Part shown: in pieces, positions 29,083 to 39,317 of the stretch | Layout of the letters: each line of letters begins with the position of its first letter | How positions within the stretch are numbered: the first letter of the stretch is position 1 | IMG/VR virus record: IMGVR_UViG_3300028603_000038 | Coordinates: 6,096 to 70,095 of that record | DNA: 64,000 nt | Origin: a virus | Taxonomy: Duplodnaviria; Caudoviricetes | Direction: 5' to 3' (one strand) | Notes under the pieces: generated by a model | The model's input: only the letters and a program-made list of their open reading frames with translations | Told to the model about the DNA's origin: nothing | Databases searched by the model: none | Position numbers and translations under genes: made by a program

Positions 29083-29702
29083 TTGATTTTAATTCGCTAA
29101 AACCAGAACAACTGGCACTTATTACTTTCAGCGCACTTGTAGTAAATAATAATGACCCATACAAACGTGGAATGCTACAACTTCGATTCCCTCTTATCCA
29201 CGACGAAATTAAAAATGGTGATTTGCCGTGGGCACGTCCGGATTGTTTTATCAACGGTATTAATATTCCTCGTGTTGGTCAGTACGTTCAAGCTAATTTT
29301 GAACGTGGTGACAAATCCAACCCAGTTTACACTTCGCAATTAATTAGCAAGGACACTTTAAAAGGGACTCCGTTTGAAGCGAACTACCCGCACGTGCGCG
29401 GGTTATACGACGGAAAAAACTTTTTTATTATTGATGAAAAAACTGGAAACATAACTATTCATGCCACTGGTGATTTGAATGGTACAGTTAAAGGTAATGT
29501 AAACTTAGACGTTACCGGCGATTTAACTGCTAACTTAGCCAGTGGTAGCGCAACTATTTCTGCACCGGCTGGTGACGTAACTGCTGATGCTATGAATGTA
29601 AACATTACTGGTCAAACCTCAGTGGATATTGATGGTACGTCTATGGTTACTATTGATGGTGCTCAGGTAAGTATTAACAACGGAAATCTTTTAGTTTTAT
29701 AA
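29079..29702 (+). CDS. Baseplate central spike (gp5/gpV-like)
   Basis: OB-fold pattern NNDPYKRG.LQLRFP..LPWA..PRVG..V...FE.GD..P; C-terminal beta-helix repeats. Confidence 0.85.
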   Translation: MIDFNSLKPEQLALITFSALVVNNNDPYKRGMLQLRFPLIHDEIKNGDLPWARPDCFINGINIPRVGQYVQANFERGDKSNPVYTSQLISKDTLKGTPFEANYPHVRGLYDGKNFFIIDEKTGNITIHATGDLNGTVKGNVNLDVTGDLTANLASGSATISAPAGDVTADAMNVNITGQTSVDIDGTSMVTIDGAQVSINNGNLLVL

Positions 29703-29712
29703 GGAAAATAAA

Positions 29713-30015
29713 ATGATTCCAGTATGTAGAGTTGGCGATACAGGAATGGGTCAATGTCCGTTACATCTACCACTTCCACCTATTCCGTATAACACTGTTA
29801 TTATGTCTGGTTCACCTGTAGCTTTAACACAAACTTTACCTATAGCAACAATTGGTTCTCCGGGTATTTCAACTTGTGGCCACCCTACGGTTGCTATGAT
29901 GGGTTCTACTATTTCTACTTCTACTGCTTTAGGTTTGCATAGACTAGGTGACACAGGATTAGGTGGTGGCCCATACGTTATGACTATCGGCTCTACTGTT
30001 TTATTTTCAAACTAA
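29713..30015 (+). CDS. PAAR-like spike tip protein
   Basis: PVCRVGD, CPLH, CGHP and HRLGD; about 100 aa, directly after the spike gene. Confidence 0.8.
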   Translation: MIPVCRVGDTGMGQCPLHLPLPPIPYNTVIMSGSPVALTQTLPIATIGSPGISTCGHPTVAMMGSTISTSTALGLHRLGDTGLGGGPYVMTIGSTVLFSN

Positions 30016-30026
30016 AGGAAAAATAA

Positions 30027-30671
30027 ATGGCTATCCCTGCGTGGTTAACTTCACTGTATCCAAACATAGCTACAAAATTAACAACACTTAGAAACGACGC
30101 ATTAACTTTTTACGTCGGCCAACCAGAAGAAATTATTTTTCTTAACGATGCTTTCCTAATTCACGATGGTCTTTTAGACGCGTATAAAACAGTAGATCGT
30201 ACTAATGTTTTTGATACGTTGGTTAACTCGCTTTACTCTTACTTAGGGGCTACTAGAAATTTAGGTGGTACACCTATTGATGAAAGCGGTTTCCCTATTG
30301 AAAATCTATTTGATATGAATGATCTTGAAACTTGGTTGGACGGGAAAATTGCTTTAGGTAACTATTATCAGGATTTGGTGGAGTCTGGTCCGGGCACAGG
30401 TATTTTTACTTCTGCTGACGTAGACGAGAGCACAATTAAATTCACAAATTTAGCTAGTGACGAAGATACTTATATTTTGTCTGTAGTATCTCAAATGAAC
30501 GCGGTAGTAAAGAAAGCAGTTAACTACGCGCTATTCAACGATATTACTCCGCCAGTAACTCCTTTAGGGAAACAAGGTATAGGTGAATATATTTTTAATA
30601 CGTTGAATTATAAATTTGCGATAACCGAGTTTAACATTGACTTTGATTTACCGCCTTACATAACACCATAA
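30027..30671 (+). CDS. Hypothetical baseplate-region protein
   Basis: ORF with SD within the baseplate operon. Confidence 0.6.
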   Translation: MAIPAWLTSLYPNIATKLTTLRNDALTFYVGQPEEIIFLNDAFLIHDGLLDAYKTVDRTNVFDTLVNSLYSYLGATRNLGGTPIDESGFPIENLFDMNDLETWLDGKIALGNYYQDLVESGPGTGIFTSADVDESTIKFTNLASDEDTYILSVVSQMNAVVKKAVNYALFNDITPPVTPLGKQGIGEYIFNTLNYKFAITEFNIDFDLPPYITP

Positions 30672-30681
30672 GGAGACAGTT

Positions 30682-31101
30682 ATGCCCGGTGCTTATGATT
30701 ATCTGGATTCAATTTATTCCGATCTTAACTTTTACTATGGTGAAGATGGCAAGCCTGCTGTACTTCGTGGTTTAGATGCAATAAACCAAAGTATTTCGAT
30801 GGTTATAACTACTTACCTACGTTCGCGCTATCGTCGTCCTATGTATGGCAGTGAATTACCTGCTTTTTTGCAGGACAACTTCACACCTAATATGGTTGTT
30901 GATATGAAGAACGTTATTTTCTTGGCTCTGCAAAAATGGGAACCTAGAATTCGCGTTAACCGTAATGAAATAAAAGTCGAAAGGTTAGATGCGGATACCT
31001 CAGTGATTAATATTTCTTTTCCTTTTGTTATCCCTGCTGCAAACACTGATTCAAAATTCAGTCAACAATTCACAGTAGAAGGTCTGAACGATGTCGCTTA
31101 A
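30682..31101 (+). CDS. Baseplate wedge protein (gp25-like)
   Basis: AINQSI..VITT...R..RP.YGS.L..LQKWEPRI. Confidence 0.88.
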   Translation: MPGAYDYLDSIYSDLNFYYGEDGKPAVLRGLDAINQSISMVITTYLRSRYRRPMYGSELPAFLQDNFTPNMVVDMKNVIFLALQKWEPRIRVNRNEIKVERLDADTSVINISFPFVIPAANTDSKFSQQFTVEGLNDVA

Positions 31102-33292
31102 AAGAACCCCTCTCTCACAAATCGAACCTGATTTTGACGTTGCTGTTCAGCAACTACAAACGTTACTAGTTTCTGATTCTACTGGTCAGGAAAAAGCGTG
31201 GAAAGATTTGTTGGCTACTGCTGCTGGCCAACAGATTCTTGAATTTTTCGGTGCTACTCATGAAATCGACCAATTCGCAATTGCTCGCGTTTTCGAGGAA
31301 ATGTTTACCGAAACTGCTTTGGTAGAAAAAAATATCATGGCGAATATTTCTACTCTCGGTAATCCGTTGCGTAGAAATTCCCCGCCTTATGTAGAGTTGC
31401 GTTTACCTGATTCTTCTAATGTAGACGTACCCAATGATGTAAAAGATATGTCCCCGTTAGGCGTCGGCGGTTTTATTGCTGACCCGGAATTTGTTCGTCA
31501 GTGGTATTTAAACCCGTATTTTAATGCCACTACTTTTGATAGCGGTGTTGCACACTATGGTCAAGACCACCTGTTTTGGGGTTACGGTAAATTAAAGCGC
31601 GATGTTAATGGTGTAAATATTACCTCTACCTCTGTTAATTCGTACACGTCTTTTACAACTTCGGACGGTAACTTTTTCAATCGTAACTCTATTTACTTTG
31701 CCGCTATTTCTGGTTCAACTGCTGACCCGTTATCTTTACGTCAAGCTGGTTGGTACGGTGTAAGTATTGACCAAGAAACGTTGCAAGAGATTCCAGTGCG
31801 TTTGTATCGTGGGGATATTGTAGATAAAGTATTTCCTGCAACGGGTAGAAATTATTATTCACTTATTTCCAGTGAAACTTCTTTTACTGTATCTCAAGAC
31901 GACAGTACTGTTTGGGTTAACAGTGAGTTGATGACTGTAACTCAAGCTGGTCTTTGGGAATTTCCGACCGCCGAAAATTCGGACTACACAAAAATTGTTC
32001 AGGATATTACTTATTCTGACGGTCGTGCAGTAATTAGGTTTGGTAACGATGGCTTTGGTAAAAAGCCACAAGTAAACGATATTGTTCGTTGGCGTTACGT
32101 TATTTCTAATGGACTTGCAGACAATATATCTTCATTTAAACGGGCTACTATTGCTTCGACTGCCATTGCGTTAGACGGTCGTGTAGATACGATGATTACC
32201 CCGACAGTAGGTGGTAGTGATTATTTAAGTGCAGAAGAATACAAACTATTAGGACCAGCTACTAATTCAGCTAGAAATAACAGAAGCGCGGTTAATCCTC
32301 AAGACTACTACGCAATTTTCAAAAATTATTCTACTTCTATTATTGACGTGCAAGTAGACGGCCAGCGTAATTTGAATCCATCTTCGCCACGCTACATGAA
32401 TTTACATCGTGTAGTTACTTACCCTAAATTCACGCAGCCAGAATACGATGTAATGTTTTCTGAAATCGAAAAGAAAACAATGTTTGCCAATTATTTTTTC
32501 ACTGACTTAAACTACCCTGTGTTACGTCCGTTTAATATCAGGGCAAACGTTTATTGCATCGGTCAGGTAGATTTTATTTCCATCCGCGACAACTTTATTC
32601 AGCCTGCTATTTTATCGCTGGTAGATAAATCAGGTTCTGCTGCTGTAGGTTCATTGAACTACAACATTACTTTGGATGATATTCGCAAAACAATTAAAGA
32701 TAGCCATCCTAGTATTGATTACGTTGATATTCTTGAACCCTCTTCTTCTGTTATCGGTAACATTATTTCACCGGCTGTAGAGCGTATTGATTTTTCAGAT
32801 GTTGACGTAGGCGCAGCTACCAAATCGGTAGACTACGCTGTATTAGTACGATTAACAAACGAAGACACTTCTGTTCAGTATACAAATATTTTGAGTACAC
32901 GTGTGGGGCAACGTCGTGGTCAACAAGTCGCCACTCTAAAAGTACATTTTAAACCGTTGCCTAATTTTAAGTACACTCCGGTAGTTCGTTTACCTACTAC
33001 TGATAAAAATTATCTTTACCAAGTTGAATACGCGCTAGTTAAAAGAAATATTTCTACTACTAACTGGGTGTGGGTAACAAATTGGCTAAGTGAAGCAGCT
33101 ATTCTTGCAACAGTGCAGCCAGACAAAACAGTATTTATTCAGGATAGTGACCCAGATAATGATACTCCGGGTGTAAGCGTAGAAACTATTTCCGCGTTCA
33201 ATACTTGTTTACCTACTGTACCTGTTCTTTTGTCAGACTGGGCTGCTGAACCTGTTATCAATATTTTCTCCTCTGACCGTTCAGGGATTTGA
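31091..33292 (+). CDS. Baseplate wedge protein (gp6/gpJ-like)
   Basis: AWKD..G..ILE, IRFGNDGFGKKP, GGSD and RSAVNPQDY. Confidence 0.8.
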   Translation: MSLKRTPLSQIEPDFDVAVQQLQTLLVSDSTGQEKAWKDLLATAAGQQILEFFGATHEIDQFAIARVFEEMFTETALVEKNIMANISTLGNPLRRNSPPYVELRLPDSSNVDVPNDVKDMSPLGVGGFIADPEFVRQWYLNPYFNATTFDSGVAHYGQDHLFWGYGKLKRDVNGVNITSTSVNSYTSFTTSDGNFFNRNSIYFAAISGSTADPLSLRQAGWYGVSIDQETLQEIPVRLYRGDIVDKVFPATGRNYYSLISSETSFTVSQDDSTVWVNSELMTVTQAGLWEFPTAENSDYTKIVQDITYSDGRAVIRFGNDGFGKKPQVNDIVRWRYVISNGLADNISSFKRATIASTAIALDGRVDTMITPTVGGSDYLSAEEYKLLGPATNSARNNRSAVNPQDYYAIFKNYSTSIIDVQVDGQRNLNPSSPRYMNLHRVVTYPKFTQPEYDVMFSEIEKKTMFANYFFTDLNYPVLRPFNIRANVYCIGQVDFISIRDNFIQPAILSLVDKSGSAAVGSLNYNITLDDIRKTIKDSHPSIDYVDILEPSSSVIGNIISPAVERIDFSDVDVGAATKSVDYAVLVRLTNEDTSVQYTNILSTRVGQRRGQQVATLKVHFKPLPNFKYTPVVRLPTTDKNYLYQVEYALVKRNISTTNWVWVTNWLSEAAILATVQPDKTVFIQDSDPDNDTPGVSVETISAFNTCLPTVPVLLSDWAAEPVINIFSSDRSGI

Positions 33293-34578
33293 TTATGAGC
33301 ATTGATAATTTATTCCCACCTTTTGCCGCAGACTTACCTCTGTGGCAAAAGTTTATTAAGTCGGTAGACGAAATTCGTAAGGTTACTTTTGATGACCAGC
33401 TAAAAATTTTACTTTCGTTAAGAGACAACTCTACGTTCATTGACCCGACTGATGATTCACCAATTAGATACGAGCAAGAATTTTTGGAATTTATCGAAGG
33501 TTCTACTAACAAGTATCAGTCAAAGAAAGTTAAATTCATAGGTACAAATTTTAAAGTATGGAGGCAAAATTTAACTCTTGCGCCGCCTTTTGATTTAGAA
33601 CTACTTACACTGGGAGTGGATTACACAGTAAGTGCTGAAAATAAAATAGTTTATTTAGGCGCACCATTAAGTGCTAACTCAAGACTTCGCGCTGTTTTCT
33701 ACGATAAATCGTACAGAGACGTAGATAACGTTTTTAACTACGTGGAAAACGAACAGGTCGCAGAAATTGCTACAGGCAACGCGCCAGTTGCTCAAAACAC
33801 TATTGATATTTTTAACAGTACAAATGTTTTAACCGGACAGCCTGCAAACATTTACTCTGGTTACCCGTATAACCTTATCGTAGTTTACGCTTGGAATGCA
33901 GTCGCTAATGAATTTACTTACGTGCCTTTCGGTAATGTGGTCGCGCTACCTGATGGTATATCACTACAAATTCAAACTGACTATGTAACTGACAAGTTTT
34001 TTATTTTTGCCAGAACACCTTCGCAAGAATTAACCAGAAAACTTAGACAACTAGGTTTTCTTTACCCTGACATGGAATACGTGACACGTCCTACTTATGT
34101 AGACAACTCACACATTCTTCAATTGATGTCGGACTCTTTCGGTAAATATTTGAAGGAAACCGCAGGTACTCCTAACTTTATGAATTTTTATCAGTATTGC
34201 GCTAATACAATGATAAAAATTGAAAGGCTATGGGCGCAAGACAAACCGGGTACTATTGTTAACCCTATTCCTGATGATGATACCTACGGAGATTTCGTAT
34301 CAGAGGCTGATGTATTAGCTGACCCTATTTCATTTCCAAAAATGCATGAGATAGGCGAAAACAACGCAGGTTGGTATCCAACTAGTCACGTTAATTTGAT
34401 ATACGATTTGTTTTTATTTGGTTCCAACTTGGACTACGCAGCTATCGAAAATTTCTTTAACTATGTAGCTCCGGAAAACTTAGTACTCGCAAATATTATT
34501 CTTCAAGTTTCCACACAGTCTGGACCAAGTTCTACAATATCTATTTTCACAACCGCACAAGTTGACCAATTCTATTAA
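33289..34578 (+). CDS. Baseplate wedge protein (gp7/gpI-like)
   Basis: Follows the gp6-like gene; KLRQLGF..AGT..F..F...WYPTSHV pattern. Confidence 0.6.
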   Translation: MIMSIDNLFPPFAADLPLWQKFIKSVDEIRKVTFDDQLKILLSLRDNSTFIDPTDDSPIRYEQEFLEFIEGSTNKYQSKKVKFIGTNFKVWRQNLTLAPPFDLELLTLGVDYTVSAENKIVYLGAPLSANSRLRAVFYDKSYRDVDNVFNYVENEQVAEIATGNAPVAQNTIDIFNSTNVLTGQPANIYSGYPYNLIVVYAWNAVANEFTYVPFGNVVALPDGISLQIQTDYVTDKFFIFARTPSQELTRKLRQLGFLYPDMEYVTRPTYVDNSHILQLMSDSFGKYLKETAGTPNFMNFYQYCANTMIKIERLWAQDKPGTIVNPIPDDDTYGDFVSEADVLADPISFPKMHEIGENNAGWYPTSHVNLIYDLFLFGSNLDYAAIENFFNYVAPENLVLANIILQVSTQSGPSSTISIFTTAQVDQFY

Positions 34579-34596
34579 GTTTAAGAGGAAATAAAA

Positions 34597-36948
34597 ATGG
34601 CAGAATTTAACTTCACTACGGTAGGTGTTGATACACTAAATGCTTTTACAGGTAGTGGTCCAGTTGCTCGTTTTTCTCACGGCCAAGTTTTTCATGTTGG
34701 CCCGAATTTCGCTGCAAGTAAACTTCAACAATTGATTGACGCTACTACTGTTGAAGAACAATACCAAATTATCGAATCAGAAGCCCGTTGGGGTTATGAC
34801 TTGGTTAATTTACCGATCATTATTTCAGGCGCTGTTGCTGGTACTCCGCCAGCAAATCCACCAGCAATTACAAGTACTCAAGCCCGTAAAGGTTTGAACT
34901 TGAATTCTGTTGGTAACGATTACACGCAAGCAATTAACTTAAACGCTACAGGTATTAAACAGGGTATTCACAACGTTAAATACAATATGCAAATTCCTGC
35001 ACAACAAGGTGAGTACATGTTTAACCTTGTTGTTTTGTATAACACGATTGGAGTTGCAAACCCGGATAACGAAGAACAAATGCCGATTGCTGCTGTTTAT
35101 TTATTTGATAGCGCGGTTAAGAAATTGGCAGGTCAAGGTACTATTTCCATTGACGTAATTCTGCGTTATGTGAACGGTGTTTCTATTGACGCTATTGAAT
35201 GGGTTGTGCCTGTTGCAGAATATGCAAACCTTATTCAGATGGATAGTGTAAATAGTTTGCCGCCTGTTTCTTCTTTTGTTGGTAGCAAAAATAATCACGC
35301 TTACTTAGTAAATGGTTTAGACGGTTTAGACCCTACTGACCCTACTGTATTTTACGGTCGTGATTTAAACGGTCGTTCTTTTATCGCTAAATCAGAAGGC
35401 GAATCTTTGTATTCGTTTTCCAGTCACTGTCGTGATGTTGCAAAAGATATTGTTATTTCTTCTACCGGCGGTCCTGATGGTAATGGTAACTACTGGATTG
35501 TTTATGATGACTCTGCATTAGCTGAACCTTTGGGTGCTTCTTATGACACAACCAAACAAGGCCGATATATTCTGCAATTTACTGACGGTGCGTCTAAAGG
35601 TTTGTGCCGTTCTGTAACTGTAGTTGATACAACCGCTAAAAGAATATATTTCAACGATAGCGTAGTAGGTGGTTCTTTTGGCGCGGGTACTTTCCAGTTA
35701 CTTATTGATAATTCAGATGGTGTGTTAAACATACCTGCTGATGTTAACCCTACACCAGATACCATACCTATTAGAGACGGTGGTGGAAGATTAAAAGCAC
35801 AAGACCCAGTGGCCGCTCAAGACGTAGTTACGAAAAACTATTTTGAAAATAACACTGTAACGGTTAACCCAATTCTGGTTGAATTAAAAAAACACGCTAT
35901 GTGTTTTCCAAAAGCACAAGCTACCGCAAGTAAAGAAACTTTTGGTTTAACTTTGACTGGCCCGGTTAGTGGTGTCCAAAAATGGTTTGGGGGTGTCCTC
36001 GGTCCAGATGGAAAAATTTATTGTGTACCTAACGAGTCTCCAGATATTTTAATTATTGACTCCTTTAATAATATCGCAACCCTTAGTGACATGGGTGCAG
36101 ATTTATCTGGTGTGGGTACGTGGGCTGGTGGTGTTCTCGGCCCCGATGGAAAAATTTATTGTAGTCCTAGTAATGCCACAGACATTCTAATCATCGACCC
36201 AATTGCAGATACTGCTACTAGAAGTGCTATGGGAGCAGACTTAACAGGTAATGCTAAATGGCAAGGTGGTGTTCTCGGCACTGACGGAAAAATTTATTGT
36301 GTGCCTAATTCTGCTACAGATATTTTAATTATTGATACTGTTAGTGGAACTGCTACTAGAAGTAATATGGGTGCAGATTTAACGGGTGGTGTCAAATGGA
36401 AAGGCGGGGTACTTGGCCCCGATGGAAAAATTTATTGCGTACCTAACTACTCTACAGATATTTTAATTATCGACCCTATGAGTGGAACTGCTACACGTTC
36501 TAATATGGGAGCAGACTTGACGGGGACACTTAAATGGACAGGTGGAGTTCTTGGCCCTGACGGAAAAATTTACGGTATGCCGTATAGTGCTACAGACATT
36601 TTAATTATTGATCCTCTCAACGGTACTGCTACTAGAAGTAATATGGGTGCAGATTTATCTGGTGTTTCTAAGTGGTGGGGTGGAGTTCTTGGCCCTGATG
36701 GAAAAATTTACGGGATTTGTTTTGGCGATGGGGACTTTTTAGTTATAGATACTCTTAGTGGAACCGCAAGTCGCACTGATTTTGGTTTAGACTTATCGTC
36801 TAGTTTATTTTACGGAGGTACAGTTGGTATTGATGGAGTTATTTACTGCTTCCCTAGCACTTCTGACCACCTCGTAAAAATTACTAATCGTGTAGCTACT
36901 GCGTTTTCCGATACTATTGCGCTGTCACCTTACTTAAACAAATTCTAA
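34597..36948 (+). CDS. Tail fibre: baseplate-anchor N-terminus plus C-terminal 7-bladed beta-propeller
   Basis: N-terminal FTTVG...GEYMFNLVVLY anchor-type domain; seven 46-aa repeats W.GGVLGPDGKIY. Confidence 0.8.
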   Translation: MAEFNFTTVGVDTLNAFTGSGPVARFSHGQVFHVGPNFAASKLQQLIDATTVEEQYQIIESEARWGYDLVNLPIIISGAVAGTPPANPPAITSTQARKGLNLNSVGNDYTQAINLNATGIKQGIHNVKYNMQIPAQQGEYMFNLVVLYNTIGVANPDNEEQMPIAAVYLFDSAVKKLAGQGTISIDVILRYVNGVSIDAIEWVVPVAEYANLIQMDSVNSLPPVSSFVGSKNNHAYLVNGLDGLDPTDPTVFYGRDLNGRSFIAKSEGESLYSFSSHCRDVAKDIVISSTGGPDGNGNYWIVYDDSALAEPLGASYDTTKQGRYILQFTDGASKGLCRSVTVVDTTAKRIYFNDSVVGGSFGAGTFQLLIDNSDGVLNIPADVNPTPDTIPIRDGGGRLKAQDPVAAQDVVTKNYFENNTVTVNPILVELKKHAMCFPKAQATASKETFGLTLTGPVSGVQKWFGGVLGPDGKIYCVPNESPDILIIDSFNNIATLSDMGADLSGVGTWAGGVLGPDGKIYCSPSNATDILIIDPIADTATRSAMGADLTGNAKWQGGVLGTDGKIYCVPNSATDILIIDTVSGTATRSNMGADLTGGVKWKGGVLGPDGKIYCVPNYSTDILIIDPMSGTATRSNMGADLTGTLKWTGGVLGPDGKIYGMPYSATDILIIDPLNGTATRSNMGADLSGVSKWWGGVLGPDGKIYGICFGDGDFLVIDTLSGTASRTDFGLDLSSSLFYGGTVGIDGVIYCFPSTSDHLVKITNRVATAFSDTIALSPYLNKF

Positions 36949-39210
36949 ACTGGAGAACTATATGAGCAGATTAAAACTACCTTCTATTAATTGGCCGCAG
37001 TTAACTGGGTATAACCCTTATCTTTCTGGTGACGATTACTTAGGTCTTATAAAAAAAGCGCACTTAAATAATAGAAATACCTCGTCGTTTGCGTATGCTA
37101 CTAGAACTGATTTTGGTTTAACTTTGACGGATATTGCTAAATGGAATGGTGGGGTTCTCGGACCCGATGGCAAAATTTATTGTGTTCCTCATGACTCCCT
37201 AGATATTTTAATCATCGACCCTCTCAACGGTACTGCTACTAGAACTGATTTTGGTTTAACTTTGTCAGACGCGGATAAATGGTATGGTGGGGTTCTCGGC
37301 CCTGACGGGAAAATTTATTGTGTACCTTTTTATTCCACAGACATTTTAATTATTGATGCTATTAATGGAACTGCTACACGTTCTAACATGGGAGCAGACC
37401 TGACTGGGCCTTATAAATGGATTGGTGGTGTTCTTGGACCCAATGGAAAAATTTATTGTGTACCTAACGGGGCTACAGACATTTTAATCATCGACCCAAT
37501 TGCAGGAACTGCTACACGTTCTAATATGGGAGCAGACTTAACAGGTACTGGTAAATGGTATGGTGGGGTTCTCGGCTCTGATGGAAAAATTTATTGTGTT
37601 CCCAGTAGTACTACAGATATTTTAATTATTGACCCTCTCAACGGTACTGCTTCACTTAGCGACATGGGTGCAGATTTAACGGGGAGTACTAAATGGTATG
37701 GTGGTGTTCTCGGACCCGATGGCAAAATTTATTGTGTACCTCATAGTTCTACAGACATTCTGATTATCGACCCAATTGCAGGTACTGCTACTAGAACTGA
37801 TTTTGGTTTAACTTTGACAGGCGGTAGTAACTGGAATGGTGGTGTTCTTGGCCCCGATGGAAAAATTTATTGTGTTTCTAATCATTCCACAGACATTCTG
37901 ATTATCGACCCAATTGCAGGTACTGCTACTAGAACTGACTTTGGTTTAACTTTGACAGGTACTTATAAATGGGCTGGTGGGGTTCTCGGTCATGACGGAA
38001 AAATTTATTGTGCCCCGTATAATGCTACTGACGTTTTAATTATTGATTTTCCTATGTGCGTCAAACCGACAATTGCTCAGTTGTATGCACCTCAACAGAA
38101 TAAATTTTAACTTGGGGTTTTAAAATGAATAGACGCAAACTACCTTCTATTAACTGGCCGTTGTTAGACGGCTATGACTCTCACCCACATTTTGAAACTT
38201 TTTCCGGAGTAGTACGCAAAAGTTATCTAGAGAACAGATATTCTTCTGCCCTTGCCAATGCAAAATTATCTAGCATGGGAGCAGACCTGACGGGAACAAG
38301 TAAATGGTTCGGTGGTGTTCTCGGTCATGATGGAAAAATTTATTGCGTACCTTTTGACTCTACAGACGTTTTAATTATCGACCCTCTGAATGGAACTGCT
38401 ACTAGAAATGATTTTGGTCTGTCTTTAGTAGGTGACGATAAATGGTTCGGAGGTGTTCTTGGACCCAATGGAAAAATTTATTGTGTACCTTGTAATGCTA
38501 CAGACGTTTTAATTATCGACCCAATTGCAGGCACTGCTACTAGAACTGACTTTGGTTTAACTTTGTCTGGCACTGTTAAATGGTCTGGTGGTGTTCTCGG
38601 TCCTGACGGGAAAATTTATTGTGTACCTTATGGAGCTACAGACATTTTAATCATAGACCCAATTGCAGGTACTGCTACACGTTCTACTATGGGAGCAGGC
38701 TTGACTGGGCCTTTTAAATGGACAGGTGGGGTATCCACACCTAACGGTAAAATTTATTGTGTTCCTAATTATTCCACAGACGTTCTGATTATCGACCCAC
38801 TTGCAGGAACTGCTACTAGAAATGATTTTGGTTTGGATTTAACAGGTGGTTCTAAATGGCAAGGCGGGGTACTTGGACCCGACGGTAAAATTTACTGTGT
38901 AACTACAGGTGCTACAGACGTTCTGGTTATAGATACTATCAACGGAACTGCTACTAGAACTGACTTTGGTTTGGATTTAACAGGTAGTAGTAAATGGAAT
39001 GGTGGAGTTCTTGGCCCGGATGGGAAAATTTATTGTGCGCCTCAAGGGGTTGACGACATTTTAATTATCGACCCTCTCAGTGGAACTACTACTAGAAGTA
39101 ATATGGGAGCAGATTTAACAGGTAGTAGTAAATGGTTTGGTACTGTTCTTGCCCCTAATGGTAAAATTTATTGTGTTCCTAATAGTTCTACGAATATTCT
39201 AATCATTGAT
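35941..39210 (+). repeat. 138-bp repeat family, 21 copies in three genes
   Basis: Trp codons at 35983, 36121 and 36259 give a 138-bp period; 37751-37821 and 37889-37959 match at 70/71 nt. Confidence 0.95.
36962..38110 (+). CDS. Stand-alone 7-bladed beta-propeller, putative receptor-binding subunit
   Basis: Seven 46-aa repeats; N-terminal LPSINWP; C-terminal QQNKF. Confidence 0.8.
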   Translation: MSRLKLPSINWPQLTGYNPYLSGDDYLGLIKKAHLNNRNTSSFAYATRTDFGLTLTDIAKWNGGVLGPDGKIYCVPHDSLDILIIDPLNGTATRTDFGLTLSDADKWYGGVLGPDGKIYCVPFYSTDILIIDAINGTATRSNMGADLTGPYKWIGGVLGPNGKIYCVPNGATDILIIDPIAGTATRSNMGADLTGTGKWYGGVLGSDGKIYCVPSSTTDILIIDPLNGTASLSDMGADLTGSTKWYGGVLGPDGKIYCVPHSSTDILIIDPIAGTATRTDFGLTLTGGSNWNGGVLGPDGKIYCVSNHSTDILIIDPIAGTATRTDFGLTLTGTYKWAGGVLGHDGKIYCAPYNATDVLIIDFPMCVKPTIAQLYAPQQNKF

Positions 39211-39273
39211 TTTCCTATGTGTGTGCCACCTACTATGACTCAACTATATTCTAGTTATCAGAATAAATTGTAA
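38125..39273 (+). CDS. Stand-alone 7-bladed beta-propeller paralogue
   Basis: Seven 46-aa repeats; N-terminal LPSINWP; C-terminal YQNKL; same length (382 aa) as the previous gene. Confidence 0.8.
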   Translation: MNRRKLPSINWPLLDGYDSHPHFETFSGVVRKSYLENRYSSALANAKLSSMGADLTGTSKWFGGVLGHDGKIYCVPFDSTDVLIIDPLNGTATRNDFGLSLVGDDKWFGGVLGPNGKIYCVPCNATDVLIIDPIAGTATRTDFGLTLSGTVKWSGGVLGPDGKIYCVPYGATDILIIDPIAGTATRSTMGAGLTGPFKWTGGVSTPNGKIYCVPNYSTDVLIIDPLAGTATRNDFGLDLTGGSKWQGGVLGPDGKIYCVTTGATDVLVIDTINGTATRTDFGLDLTGSSKWNGGVLGPDGKIYCAPQGVDDILIIDPLSGTTTRSNMGADLTGSSKWFGTVLAPNGKIYCVPNSSTNILIIDFPMCVPPTMTQLYSSYQNKL

Positions 39274-39317
39274 ACCCGTCTTTTTAAAAACAGTTAAGCC
39301 CTTATCAGGAAATAAAA

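Noticed and set aside
35941-39210. Diversity-generating retroelement acting on the propeller repeats (many variable codons end in T/C, as AAY mutagenesis would give)
   Set aside because: No reverse transcriptase or non-coding template repeat in the window. Framework adenines (AAA ATT TAT) are essentially invariant, synonymous changes hit G/C/T positions, and several variable codons (CAA, TGG, GAG, GGG) do not fit AAY-derived patterns. A DGR elsewhere in the genome cannot be excluded without a search.
35941-39210. CRISPR-like array
   Set aside because: The 138-bp period is in-frame protein-coding repetition within three long ORFs; there are no unique spacers and no cas genes.
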